Source: Eledone cirrhosa (taxonomy: Eukaryota). Taken from it: 64,000 nucleotides of DNA. The translations under genes were made by a program, and so were the position numbers. The notes under the pieces were generated by a model. It made no database searches, was not told where the DNA came from, and saw only the letters and a list, made by a program, of their open reading frames with translations. This document shows, one piece after another, positions 25,739 through 37,154 of the stretch (position 1 is the first letter of the stretch; every line of letters starts with the position of its first letter). The DNA lies in the NCBI GenBank assembly GCA_964016885.1, contig OZ024741.1:182838001-182902000 (forward strand), given 5' to 3'.

Positions 25739-25982
25739 CATATAATATATACACAAAAAGAGAGAAAGAGAAAGGGGGATGTAGATAGAGATAGATAGGG
25801 TGGCATATACTAGCCTTAGTTAAACATCAATTTAGAAAACATAAATTAGTTATAAATTACAAACACTAAAATGAGTAAATAATTCAATTACTAATTACAA
25901 TTTCATTTCTACATTTTTTCAAGAACAAGAACGCTTTTATGGTCAACAATTGATGACTAAATTTTCTGACAATTATACTTTT

Positions 25983-26012
<30 letters not shown>

Positions 26013-26020
<8 letters not shown>

Positions 26021-26542
26021 ATACTTGGGGAGGGTCAAAATTAATAACAGAACACACTCACTGTTTGGTTGGTTTTTGCTTCTGTATCTTTTATCTTTTA
26101 TATCAATTAATTCATTCGGTCCTCAATGTTTACCATTGACTGACCAACGGTCAAAAATACAGATATAATATAGATATAAACACATATATATAGTCTAACA
26201 AAGTTCTTTCGTGAGTGGTGCTATTATGTTCCTCCTGTTGTATTGTATATTTACGCCATCTTACAAATATACAATACAACAGGAGGAACATAATAGCACC
26301 ATTCACAATGTTGCAGATGTGCAACGAAAGAACTTTGTTAGACTATATATATGTGTTTATATCTATATTATATGTGTATTTTTTACCCTTGGTCAGTCAA
26401 TGGTAAACATAAGACCGAATGAATTAACTGATATAAAAGATAAAAGATACAGAAGCGAAACCAACCAAACAGTGAGTATGTTCTGTTATTAATTCTGGCA
26501 ATATTATTACAACAATATGACCCTCCCCAAGTATAACAATAT
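26013..26542. repeat. ~530-bp fold-back palindrome between (TA)n tracts
   Basis: ATATTGTTATACTTGGGGAGGGTCA ... TGACCCTCCCCAAGTATAACAATAT. Arms about 240 bp, loop about 11 nt near 26258, two short insertions in the right arm. Confidence 0.95.
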
Positions 26543-26580
26543 TTGTTTCAACACACGATTTCATATCAAAACCCTGGCAA

Positions 26581-26612
<32 letters not shown>

Positions 26613-26962
26613 CATTAGATATACCATACCCATATTCCTTCATTACTCCTCGACTACGTAGTTGAGGTTGGCACCACAAATTCAGGGATATATGTGGATA
26701 TATTCATGTATATGTATGTGTTCGCATGTATCTGTGTATATATATATATATATATATATAAGCAAATTAAAAGGCCATATACAGTTCCTATTTCTAGCGG
26801 TATTATCGTCCACCTTGTGGATATCTATTCGCCATAGGTTTAACATCATTTAACCATGTGTTTTTCAACATAGTGGTCGCATTGGACTTAGTTGTGGATA
26901 TTCCCAGGTATATTGATTTATTTACAATCTTCATTCTATATTTCCCTTAGAATGGTGAGATT

Positions 26963-27145
26963 AAACCTCTGAAGAGTACCTGAGTCTCACATGGTTTAAT
27001 CATAATCGATAGTTTTGTCTTCGATGATCGAATATATTGATTGATATTATTTTTTTCCCCCTTTCTTTCGATGATCAATTACATTCGATTACATTGATTG
27101 ATTTTTAGCTATACGCTCCAGGCATGAAATAGCGCTATAAGGTTT
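26963..27145 (+). ncRNA. Type I hammerhead ribozyme with ~150-nt helix II
   Basis: Helix I AAACCU/AGGUUU; CUGAAGA; helix II base GUACCUG/CAGGCAU; GAAA; palindromic helix III AUAGCGCUAU; cleavage triplet AUA. Confidence 0.8.
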
Positions 27146-27360
27146 CACTTACGATTCCATCTGTGTACATATTCTTCTATAGAATATGTACTTGGTATAC
27201 ATACAATATACTGTGTTTCTTTTACGATATATGGCCCTTTATCTATATATAAACATATATCTTTTAATTTGGTTATTATGGCTCTAGATAAAGTCTATTG
27301 AGCTTACTTATTGAGAAACACAAAATTCTAAACATATTTGATATGTTTTGGTTCCTCATT

Positions 27361-27400
<40 letters not shown>

Positions 27401-27408
<8 letters not shown>

Positions 27409-27536
27409 TAACAGATTAAAGTTTAAGCAAAGAATCGTTGCTTTCACCCTTAACGGGATCTTCTGAAACTTCAGAAGATCCCGTTAAGGGTGAAAGCAGC
27501 AGTTCTTTGCTTAAACTTTAATCTGTTACTTTAATA
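27401..27536. repeat. Fold-back inverted repeat carrying a degenerate hammerhead core (PLE pLTR remnant)
   Basis: Arms about 66 bp. Each contains CAGAAGA-UCCCGUUAAGGGU-GAAA (CUGA changed to CAGA). Flanked by (TA)n. Confidence 0.8.
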
Positions 27537-27652
27537 AATATTTGCTCTACGGTTCTTATATATTTGATATATATGTATCCTTATCGAGCCCTCTTTGGAT
27601 TTTAGTCTTCAAATTTATTATTATTACTATATATATATATATATACGTATAT

Positions 27653-27799
27653 ATATGCATACTTAAATTTATGTATCAGCTGTGCTAGGGTGAGAAATAA
27701 AATTCTAATTTTATATATAATATATATATATATATATATAAAATTAGAATTTTATTTCTCACCCTAGCACAGCTGATACATAAATTTAAGTATGCATAT
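27653..27799. repeat. Perfect palindrome with (TA)n centre
   Basis: ATATGCATACTTAAATTTATGTATCAGCTGTGCTAGGGTGAGAAATAAAATTCTAATTTTATATATA and its reverse complement. Confidence 0.95.
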
Positions 27800-27959
27800 G
27801 TACACACATATATATATATATATACACACACACATACATATATATGTATGGGTTATATCGAACATTAGTAACAATATTCGATTCGTTTGCAAACAAACGG
27901 CCCAAGTAGAGCTGTGCTGTGCTGATATGTGTGTGTATGCATACTTACACACACACACA

Positions 27960-28552
27960 TCATCATCATCATCATCAACGTTTAACGTCCGTGTTCCACG
28001 CTTGCATGGGTTTGGACGGGGGTTTTCCCACTTGAGGCAAGAGTGATTATCTTGCTCGCATGGGACTGTCTGGCGGGTTTTCTACAGCTGGATGCCCTTC
28101 CTAACACCAACCACATTTACAGTGTGGGGCTGGGAGGTTTTTACCGGGTTGCCTACACGGCCACATTACAGCGTGGACTGTGTGTTTTTTGTCGTGACAC
28201 CTACACGATCTCATTTGTTTCGGGCTGGATGTTGTGGTACCAACATAACTTTACATTGAAAGGGGCGGTGTGGATGGGGTGGGGGTGGTGGGACAGGGGT
28301 GTATTTTGTTAGAGATGCCTACTGACTGTAGTAGGTTTTACTTTGTATTTAGGTAAGGCGGGTCTTCTCTATTACTGAGTACCGCCAAAGGTCTCGGTCC
28401 AGTGACATTGTATTGGAGAGGTGTAAGTGTGTGAGGTCGGAATTCATCAGCTCGTCCCAGGTTTTTCTGGGTCTGCTACTCCGTGGCTACCGTCTATCTT
28501 TATTGCCCTGCACTTTGTTATACAGCTATCGTCTTTCATGCGCATCACGTGA
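27960..28552 (-). mobile_element. RTE LINE subfamily B 3' end
   Basis: Nearly identical to 31490-32058. (CAT)n tail at the left end. Confidence 0.85.
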
Positions 28553-28611
28553 AAAATTTTTTTCCAATTCCAACCCGCCCATCTCCTCAATCTATATTAT
28601 TTCTCATTCTT

Positions 28612-28647
28612 TCTTCTGATGAAGGACTAGCGTCCGAAACGTTAAGA
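28612..28647 (+). ncRNA. Minimal type I hammerhead ribozyme (Penelope type)
   Basis: UCUU-CUGAUGA-A-GGAC(UAGC)GUCC-GAAA-C-GUU-AAGA with palindromic AACGUU helix III. Sits in an ~180-bp fragment ending in (TA)n. Confidence 0.85.
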
Positions 28648-28727
28648 CCCTCTTACTGCTATATCAAGCGTTAACCTAATATATACCTTCCATATACTGT
28701 ACCGATTGTATTGTTATTTCTGTTTAC

Positions 28728-28773
<46 letters not shown>

Positions 28774-29169
28774 CAGAGCGTCCCCAAAAATTGTATACAC
28801 ACTTTGATTAACTGAATAGACAATATTTATTAGAATGCTGTTAAAGTGTGTATACACATGGACTTATAACAAGATTGAGAGGGTTTTATGGGTGACATAG
28901 TGACATATTTTAGCCATTCTGGACCTAGCAAAGCCCATTATCGCTCCAGGTCTGAACACAGCTGATTTCTTCTCAAGAAGAGGAGAGAAATTGATAGAGA
29001 GGAAGTGAGAAAGAGAAAGAGAGGAAGAATTGACTCCAGTGGTGGACTGGTAGATTTTTATCAACCTGAAAAGCTTGAAAGGCAAAGTTGACTTCGAAAG
29101 GATTTGAACTCATTGTGCAGAGAATTGGACCTGATAATGCAAAGTGTTCTATCTGACATTCTAAGATGG

Positions 29170-29224
<55 letters not shown>

Positions 29225-29225
<1 letters not shown>

Positions 29226-31415
29226 ATATAGAGGAACAGTGGGAATTCATGAAATCTAACCTGCTGAAGGCGACAGATGAAATCTGTGGCTGGAGCAGAC
29301 CTATAGGCAGGAGGAGAGTAACTTGGTGGTGGAACAGTAAGGTGGAGGAGTCGATCAAGGCCAAAAGGCAGGCTTGGAAAGTATGGCGGGATGGGGGAAG
29401 TAGAGAAGACTATCAAGTGGCCAGGAGGGAAGCTAGGAGACAAGTGTACTTCACAAGAAGGGAAGCAGAGGAAAGAAAGTTCAAGCATGTTCTACAACGC
29501 GAGGACCAAAATTGTGAGGTGTTCAGGATTGCTAGACAATGTGTCAAGGAGAACCGTGATATTGTCGGGGAGAAGTGTGTCCGTAATGATGATGGTGTAC
29601 TGGCTATCACTGACGCTGATAAAAAGGTAGCTTGGAAGTGTCACTACGAAAGGCTACTAAATGAGGAGAATAAATGGGAGAAAGAAAACCTCCCCCCACA
29701 TCGATCCAATAGAGGGACCAGCAGTGCAAGTTGAAGGTAGTATAATAAGTAAGGCAATCAAAGATATGAAGACGGGCAAGGCGGCTGGGCCTTCAGAAAT
29801 AGTTGCTGAAATGCTGAAAGCATCTGGAACGGAGGGACACACTAAGGTCACCCGGATAGTAAACCAAGTTATACAGAAGGGGGTCGTACCAAAGGACTGG
29901 CATAGCAGCATCATCATAAACTGCTACAAGAGTAAAGGAGACGCCCTAGATAGGGGAAACTATAGAGGCATTAAATTAATTGACCAGGTCATGAAGGTCA
30001 CAGAAAAAGTAATAGCGCAACTAATCAGAGAGCGAATTGATCTAGATGAAATGCAGTTCGGGTTTGTGTCAGGTAAAAGTACCACAGACGCTCTTTTCAT
30101 TGTACGACAACTACAGGAGAAGTACCTAGCTAAAAGTAAACCCCTCTACTTAGCTTTTGTAGACCTGGAGAAAGCCTTTGACAGAGTCCTTCGCTCCATT
30201 ATCTGGTGGGCTCTTAGAAAACTAGGTGTGAGAGCTATACAAGCCATGTATAAAGAAACAGTCAGCAAGGTTAGAATTAACAACGAATATAGTGAAGAAT
30301 TTAGCGTAAAAGTTGGTGTTCATCAGGGCTCTGTCCTTAGCCCACTCCTATTTATTATTGCCCTTCAGGCTATAACAGAGGAGTTGAAGACCGGCTGCCC
30401 ATGGGAACTTCTATACACAGATGATCTAACGCTCGTAGCTGAATCAATGGCTGAACTAGAGAAGAAATTCCAAACATGGAAGCATGGCCTAGAATCAAAA
30501 GGCCTTAAAGTTAACTTGTCTAAGACTAAAGTCCTAATATGTAGGAAGGAGAATAAGGCACTGGTCCCATCTGGGAAATGGCCATGCTCAGTGTGTAGGA
30601 AAGGAGTAGGCAGAAACTCCATTTTATGTCCTAAATGCAAAGTATGGGTGCATAAAAGATGTAATGGGATCACAGGTAAGCTAACTAAGAATATAGATTG
30701 TATATGTGGCCGGTGCTCAGGTGCAATAAGTAGCAGCAAGTGCCCACAAATACTAGCTCATTCCATTGCACAGATGGTTCTATAGAAATAGTGGACACCT
30801 TCCGTTACTAGGGTGACAAAATCAGCAGTGGTGGAGAGTGCTCTGAAAGTACAGTAGCTACAGTCAGAACTGGATGGAAAAAGTTCAGAGAGCTTATACC
30901 ACTATTGGCCGCTAAAGGTTTCCCTCTAAAAATGAAAGGCAGGCTGTATGATGCTTGCATACGAACAGCGATGTTACATGACAGTGAGACATGGGCCTTG
31001 GGAGCAGAGGATCTAAGCAGACTGGAGAGGAACGAAGCTTGCATGCTCCGTTGGATGTGTAATAGTAATATATGCAAACGGCAAAGCATAAATGAACTAA
31101 GTGAGAAATTAGGAATAAGAGGGATCAGATGCTGTTTACTTGAGAGAAGACTACATTGGTATGGTTACGTGATGCGCATGAAAGATGACAGCTGTATGAA
31201 AAAGTGCAGGGTGATCAAAATAGACGGTAACTACGGAGTAGGCAGACCCAGAAAAACCTGGGACGACTTGATAAAATCCAACCTCACACACTTACACCTC
31301 TCCAAGACAATGTCACTGGACCGAGATCTACGCTGAAATACAGAAGACCCGCCTTGCCTAAGTACAAAGCGAAACCTACAGTCAGTAGGCACTTTAACCA
31401 AAATACACCCCCTGT
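29225..31415 (+). mobile_element. RTE LINE subfamily B, 5'-truncated, frameshifted
   Basis: TWWWN, NYRGI, QFGF, FVDLEKAFD, HQGSVLSP, YTDD, PHD-like finger. Split over ORFs 29249, 29661 and 30905. Confidence 0.92.
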
Positions 31416-31489
31416 CCACGCTGTAATGTGGATATGATCTGGCCGGGTGAGCCTCCAAGCTTGAGACTGACTTTAGATACATAGATACA

Positions 31490-32947
31490 TATCATCATTA
31501 TAGTTTAACGTCCATATTCCACACTTGCATGGGTTTGGACGGGAGTTTTCCCACTTAAGGCAAGATTGGTTGTCTTGCGGGTTTTCTATGGCTGGATGCT
31601 CTTCCTAACACCAACCACATTTACAGTGTGGAACTGGGAGGTTTTTACCGTGTTACCTACACGGCCACATTACAGCGTGGACTATGTGTTTTTTTGTCGT
31701 GACACCTACACAACCTCATTTGTTTCGGGCTGGATGTTGTGGTACCAACATAACTTTACATTGAAAGGGGTGGTGTGGATGGGGTGAGGGTAGTGGGACG
31801 GGGGTGTATTTTGTTAGAGGTGCCTACTGACTGTAGTAGGTTTCACTTTGTACTTAGGTAAGGCGGGTCTTCTCTATTGCTGTGTAGCGCCAAAGATCTA
31901 GGTCCAGTGACATCGTCTTGGAGAGGTGTAAGTGTGTGAGGTCGGAATTTATCAAGTCGTCCCAGGTTTTTATGGGTCTGCCTACTCCGTGGCTACCGTC
32001 TATTTTTATTGCCCTGCACTTTTTTATACAGCTGTCGTCTTTCATGCGCATCACGTGACCATACCAATGTAGCCTTCTCTCGAGTAAACAACATCTGATC
32101 CCTCTTAATTTCTAATTTTTCCCTTAGTTCGTTTATGCTTTGCCGTTCACGTATATTACTATTACACATCCAGCGGAACATGCAAGCTTCGTTCCTCTCC
32201 AGTCTGCGTATATCCTCTGCACACAATGCCCAGGTCTCACTGCCATGCAACATTGCTGTTCGTATGCAGGCATCATACAGCCTGCCTTTCATTTTTAGGG
32301 AGAACCCTTTAGCGGCTAATAGTGGTATAAGCTCTCTGAACTTTTTCCATCCAGTTCTGACTCTAGCTACTGTACTTTCAGAGCACCCTCCCCCACTGCT
32401 GATTTTGTCACCCAGGTAACGAAAGCTGTCCACTATTTCTATAGAACCATCTGTGCAATGGAATGAGCTAGTATTTTGTGGGCACTTGCTGCTACTTATT
32501 GCACCAGAGCACCGGCCACATCTAAAATCTATGTTCTTAGTTAGCTTACTTGTGATCCTACTACATCTTTTATGCACCCATACTTTGCATTTAGGACATA
32601 AAATGGAGTTTCTGCCTACTCCTTTCCTACACACTGAGCATGGCCATTTCCCGGATGGGACCGGCACCCTATTTTCCTTCCTACAAACTAGAACTTTAGT
32701 CTTAGACAGGTTAATTTTAAGGCCTTTTGATGCTAGGCCATTCTTCCATGTTTGGAATTTCTTCTCTAGTTCGGCCATTGATTCAGCTATGAGCGTTAGA
32801 TCATCTGCGTATAGGAGTTCCCATGGGCAGCCGGTCTTGAACTCCACTGTTATAGCCTGAAGGGCAATAATAAATAGTAGGGGGCTAAGAACGGAGCCCT
32901 GATGAACACCAACTTTTACACTAAACTCTTCACTATATTCGTTGTTA
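31490..32947 (-). mobile_element. RTE LINE subfamily B, 5'-truncated
   Basis: ORF 31993-32985 (YADD, PHD-like finger), 3' UTR module and tail. Tail-to-tail with the 29225 copy. Confidence 0.92.
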
Positions 32948-32975
32948 AATATATATATATATATATATATAAAAT

Positions 32976-33315
32976 GGAGGCACATGGCTTAGTAAGAGCA
33001 TTGGCCTTGCAATCGAAAGGTTGTGAGTTCAACTCTCAGACCGGGTGATGTGTTGTTTCCTTGAGCAAGACACTTTATTTCACATTGCTCCAGTTTACTC
33101 AGCTGTAGAAACGAGATGATAGGGACTGGGGTCATATCATTCCACTGCAAAGTGGTCGTGGAGGTGCTACGGCAAAAAACCACCCAGCACTCACTGTAAA
33201 TGAGGTTGGTGTTAGGAAGGGCATCCAGCTGTAGAAATCAAGCCAGAATCAGTTCCCGTCCCACCCTTGCAAGCAGGGAAAAAGCAGACATTAAATGAAA
33301 TGATGATGATGATGA
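32976..33315 (+). mobile_element. Full-length tRNA-head SINE with an RTE-C-derived tail
   Basis: A-box-like TGGCTTAGT, B-box GAGTTCAACTC, CCTTGAGCAAGACACT block, AGGAAGGGCATCCAGC module. Tail CCCGTCCCACCCTTGCAAGCAGGGAAAA matches the LINE end at 43380. Confidence 0.85.
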
Positions 33316-33393
33316 TAAATGAGCGGAACAAGTAAACATTAAACAATCTTTTAAATAAATTAAAATACGATTTAAATATTCATCTGTTCTATT

Positions 33394-33473
33394 GCTGTTA
33401 CCGATGGTTTCACTAATCAAAAGATTGGAAATTCAGAGAATTTCCAATGGAAAGAATTAGCTCTTCAGACAGC
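33394..33473 (-). ncRNA. Type I hammerhead ribozyme with 50-nt helix II
   Basis: Minus strand: GCUGU-CUGAAGA-GCUAAU..AUUGGAAAUUC(UCU)GAAUUUCCAAU..AUUAGU-GAAA-CC(AUC)GG-UA-ACAGC. All three helices and the core are intact, with a GUA cleavage site. Confidence 0.85.
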
Positions 33474-33846
33474 TATTTCCATACCATAGGGCATAAAGCC
33501 CCATAGTTTGTAAATATAATGCTTCCTGCCTGATGCATGAGGTCAGGCCGTTAAAGTGACCTACACATAACTAGGCCCGAAGTAAAAGTGGGATATTATA
33601 GACTCGTTGATACTTCATGCCGCTAAAAAAATAGCAGCACGATACAACATTTCGTTTACATAGAAGGAGAATACATATAAAATGATATAAATATTCCAGC
33701 AGGTACTAAGTACCTACGGAAATATATCCCACTTTTACTTACAGCCTGTTTATGTGTAGGTCACTTTAACGGCCTGACCTCATGCATCAGGCAGGAAGCG
33801 ATATATTTACAAACTATGGAGCTTTATGTCCTATGGTAAGGAAATA

Positions 33847-33926
33847 GCTGCCTGAAAAGCTAATTCTTTTCATTGAAAATTCTCTGAATTTCCAATCTTT
33901 TGATTAGTGAAACCGTCGGTAACAGC
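33847..33926 (+). ncRNA. Mutated hammerhead copy (CUGAAAA core, likely inactive)
   Basis: Inverted duplicate of 33394-33473 with G8 changed to A and a helix I mismatch. Confidence 0.65.
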
Positions 33927-34124
33927 AATACAAGAGGTGAATATTTAAATCGTATTTTAATTTATTTAAAGGATTGTTTAATGTTTACTTGTTCCGCTCA
34001 TTTTTATAGTTCTGGTATCTCAAATTAGTACCATTGAACAACAATGATTATAGACACCATGTACATTTCCGTAGGTACTTAGTACCTGCTGGAATATCTA
34101 TATCACTTTACATATATATATATA

Positions 34125-35376
34125 TCAGATTGTTGCAAGAGTTTGTGTCCGATTAGAAAATTAAAAGCAAAATTTAACATACTCACAAAAAATATTTATT
34201 AGTCAAGTACACAGTCTCCATTGTTTTTTAACAACTGTCTCACATCATTCTACAGGCTTGTTGATGCCATTTTCATAGAAACTTCATGATTTTTGTTGGA
34301 AGAAGGTTGTGAGATAATTTTGACTGACTGTACAGTGAAGTTTTTTGTCATCTAAATTGTTCAGTAGAGGCCAGAACAAATGAAATTCCAAAGGAACCAA
34401 GTCAAGAGAATATGATGGATGCTGGAGGATTTCCAAATTCAACTCTTTAAGCTTCTGCAAGGTTTATCTTGCAACATGCAGTCTTGCGATGTCATAGTGG
34501 AAAATGACATTTTTTCGATTTGTCAAAATCAGCCGTTTTTCTTAAATAGCTGCATTGAGATTGGTGAGTTGGTTGCAATACTTCATTGCAGCTATTGTTT
34601 CACCAGCTGGAAGAAGCTCAAAGTGAATTATCTCGCTATAAATCCATGAAACGGACAGCAACATCATCATTGGATGCAAGCCCGCTTTAGCCACAGGTCC
34701 TGCACTTTCACAAGCTTGTTTCCAGCTCCATTTGCATCGAACATTATCATAAACGATCCATTTTCCATCGGCAGTGACAACTCTGTCCAAGAACTGCTCC
34801 TTTTCATGGCGTAACAGCAAAGAAATTGCCCCAGAAACACAATTGAGCTTATTCAGTTCCGTCAGAGAATGTGTCAAGCTTGAAAATGAACCCAAATCTC
34901 TTCAAATGGTGAAAGGCAATCGAGATATCGATTTTCAAAGTCTTAGCAATCTCTTCCGTCAAAATCTTTGGTTTATTCACCTCAATGGCAAGCAGAGAGT
35001 GTTCATGGAGCATGGTTGATTATTTAGGTTAAAATCACCTTGATGAAATCTACCAAACTATTTTTCTTGACCATCCGAAGAGCTGGAGCATAATCCAAAT
35101 AAATCTTCTGAATGTCTTTTGTCACAGTTGCAACACTTACTCGTTTCCAAAATTCAGGATATAATATGGTGAAAGTGCAACTTTTCATCCTCCATCTTTA
35201 AGGCATTCATTTATGGACAAAACGTCAACATTCAACAAAATCTGACTCACAACTGAATGATGCAAGGTTTCAATTTAGAACACACCAGAAATCAGCACCA
35301 AAACAATCACGAGGTCAAGTTGCGGTTGTTTTATATTAACAATGAAAATCAGGCACAAACTTTTGCAATGGTCGGA
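34125..35376 (-). mobile_element. Decayed mariner transposon
   Basis: ~30-bp imperfect TIRs (TCAGATTGTTGCAAGAGTTTGTGTCCGATT / AATCAGGCACAAACTTTTGCAATGGTCGGA) with TA flanks. FLDRVVTADGKWIVYDNV, LHP and IIHFELL, plus a YSPDLAP-like remnant. Confidence 0.88.
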
Positions 35377-35441
35377 TATGTATGTATGACAGCATATTTG
35401 GCAATCAGATGAAATGGGATGAGGAATAAAGTGTTACTTAC

Positions 35442-35559
35442 TTAGTTTCAAAAAATGGTTCTTTCTCGAGGACTTCAATATTGGGGTTGGGCTTAAGTTT
35501 TTGTTCTTGGTCTTTCCTTTTGCCACCACCTTTTCGTTTCTTTTCTCCTTTCACTTTCC
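35442..35559 (-). CDS. Tankyrase-like gene, visible exon 5 (KVKGEKKRKGGGKRKDQEQKLKPNPNIEVLEKEPFFET)
   Basis: ctttag/gtaagt splice sites, phase 1->2. Confidence 0.85.
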
Positions 35560-36422
35560 CTAAAGTTAAAATGTAAAAGAATAAAGTAATTTCTAGTTTC
35601 TTTACATTAAACATTTCAAGATGAAAAACAAGAGGAATTTCCTTATAATGACATAAATATTGATTACTATACATTGCAAAAAAGCCACAAATTTGAGAAG
35701 GAACAATTTATTCAACTGACCCTCAGTACTTGAGTGTATCTGTGTTTGTGTGTGTGTGTGTGTAATAATTTCAATGGATTACATTTTTTAACATGATATC
35801 TTACATTCTTTTTCTTGCCTTTCTTCCGTTTTTCTTTTTCTTTCTTTACCTTATTTTTTTTCTTTCCAGTTTTACGAGGCTATCGTTGCTATAAAAAGCA
35901 CAATACCTACTCCAAGTCATCACATAAAATTCTATGTGTACCTGATATGGTTTAATTGTTCTAAGTTATTGTTTTAGTGTTTTGGCTTCTGTCAGATGCT
36001 GTGACCCCAGTACTGTCAATAGGAGTTGAAACTACCACAGTGCATCTCAACAGCCGAAGACCTTGACCTTGGGAGTTCTGCGTCTTTCGTTTGACAAGAC
36101 AAATCTCCCAAGCTCTGCCAGGTTTAGAGTGCTGTCTGGATGCAGCATCCAGACAACACTTTAAACTTGGCAGAGCTTATCTCTTTCAAGGTTGAGACAC
36201 AGCTGATTTCTTCCATTGCAAAATAAATAAATTAAAAAGTAAAGGAGTTTATTTACTTTGCAATGTGTTTCTACAATATAGCAATAAAGTAAATTAAACT
36301 GAAAAATTTGGTAATGCAAGATTTATTACGCCAAATATGCTAAGCTCAATGTTTGGGTGTATGAGAGTGGTGGATTTCATTTTTTTTTTTTTAAATATAT
36401 ATATAAATATAAATGCAATTAC

Positions 36423-36527
36423 CTTTCTGTGATACTTTTGCTTCCTTTGAAGGTGTCTGAGGTTTCGCTGGTTTAGGGGAACTTTCAACAACCTTCTTTT
36501 TCTTACTAATCGGTTCTTCATCTTCAA
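36423..36527 (-). CDS. Tankyrase-like gene, visible exon 4 (EDEEPISKKKKVVESSPKPAKPQTPSKEAKVSQK)
   Basis: tttcag/gtaatt splice sites, 105 nt, phase 1->1. Confidence 0.8.
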
Positions 36528-37154
36528 CTGAAATGATGATTGGAAACATTTTAGGGTTTTTTGTTTTTTTTGTGTGGGCCCACATGGCTGACCCCTGCTT
36601 TAGCAGGGAACATGGCCTTAAAACATTTGCATCGTGGTAGCCATTCTCATTGCAATATTGAAAGCAAGAAAAAATGTATTCCAGAAATACAATAGTGTAA
36701 AAATTCTTTAAATATTATTCTTTAAAAAAAAAAAAGGGCCAATTACAAGCCTCCTAATAACTGAAAACCACTTTATTATTTCCTTTTATTTTTTCCCCTA
36801 CTAAAATGTTCCAGGTGATAACTGTGGCAGTATGTAGCTATGTAGAGCAAAGGAAATAAGTGGTGGTGATACTTGGTTTGATATTTAGTAAATGTTGGTA
36901 CTATGCATATTTGTTTCTTTTGATTTTTTTACTGCAAACCAAATCACGAGTGGCTCCAAAGTGATGCCACACAGGCAAATGCTGCAACATATTTGAGGGT
37001 AGCCTGGGCAAAAGAGAAAAATCTACCTGAGGGATGTCCCTCTGAATTCAGCCAATCACCATAAAACAGAAAAAAAGAGACTGTACCAAAAGTAAAAACG
37101 GCAAAAGGGAAGCTCCAACTAGATAATCAATAGAAATGACTTTGAACCCCACAT

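Larger units (their letters stand above)
33317..34115. mobile_element. Interleaved double inverted repeat, probable PLE pLTR rearrangement
   Basis: 33317-33596 is inverted at 33724-34003, and 33674-33723 is inverted at 34065-34115. Ends in (TA)n and carries hammerhead motifs. Confidence 0.8.

Noticed and set aside
32976-33050. tRNA gene
   Set aside because: It is the head of a SINE followed by body and tail, with no complete cloverleaf seen.
35805-35888. Lys-rich exon-like segment PRKTGKKKNKVKKEKEK...
   Set aside because: It is phase 0->0 inside a phase-1 intron and other frames have stops. At most a dead or poison exon.
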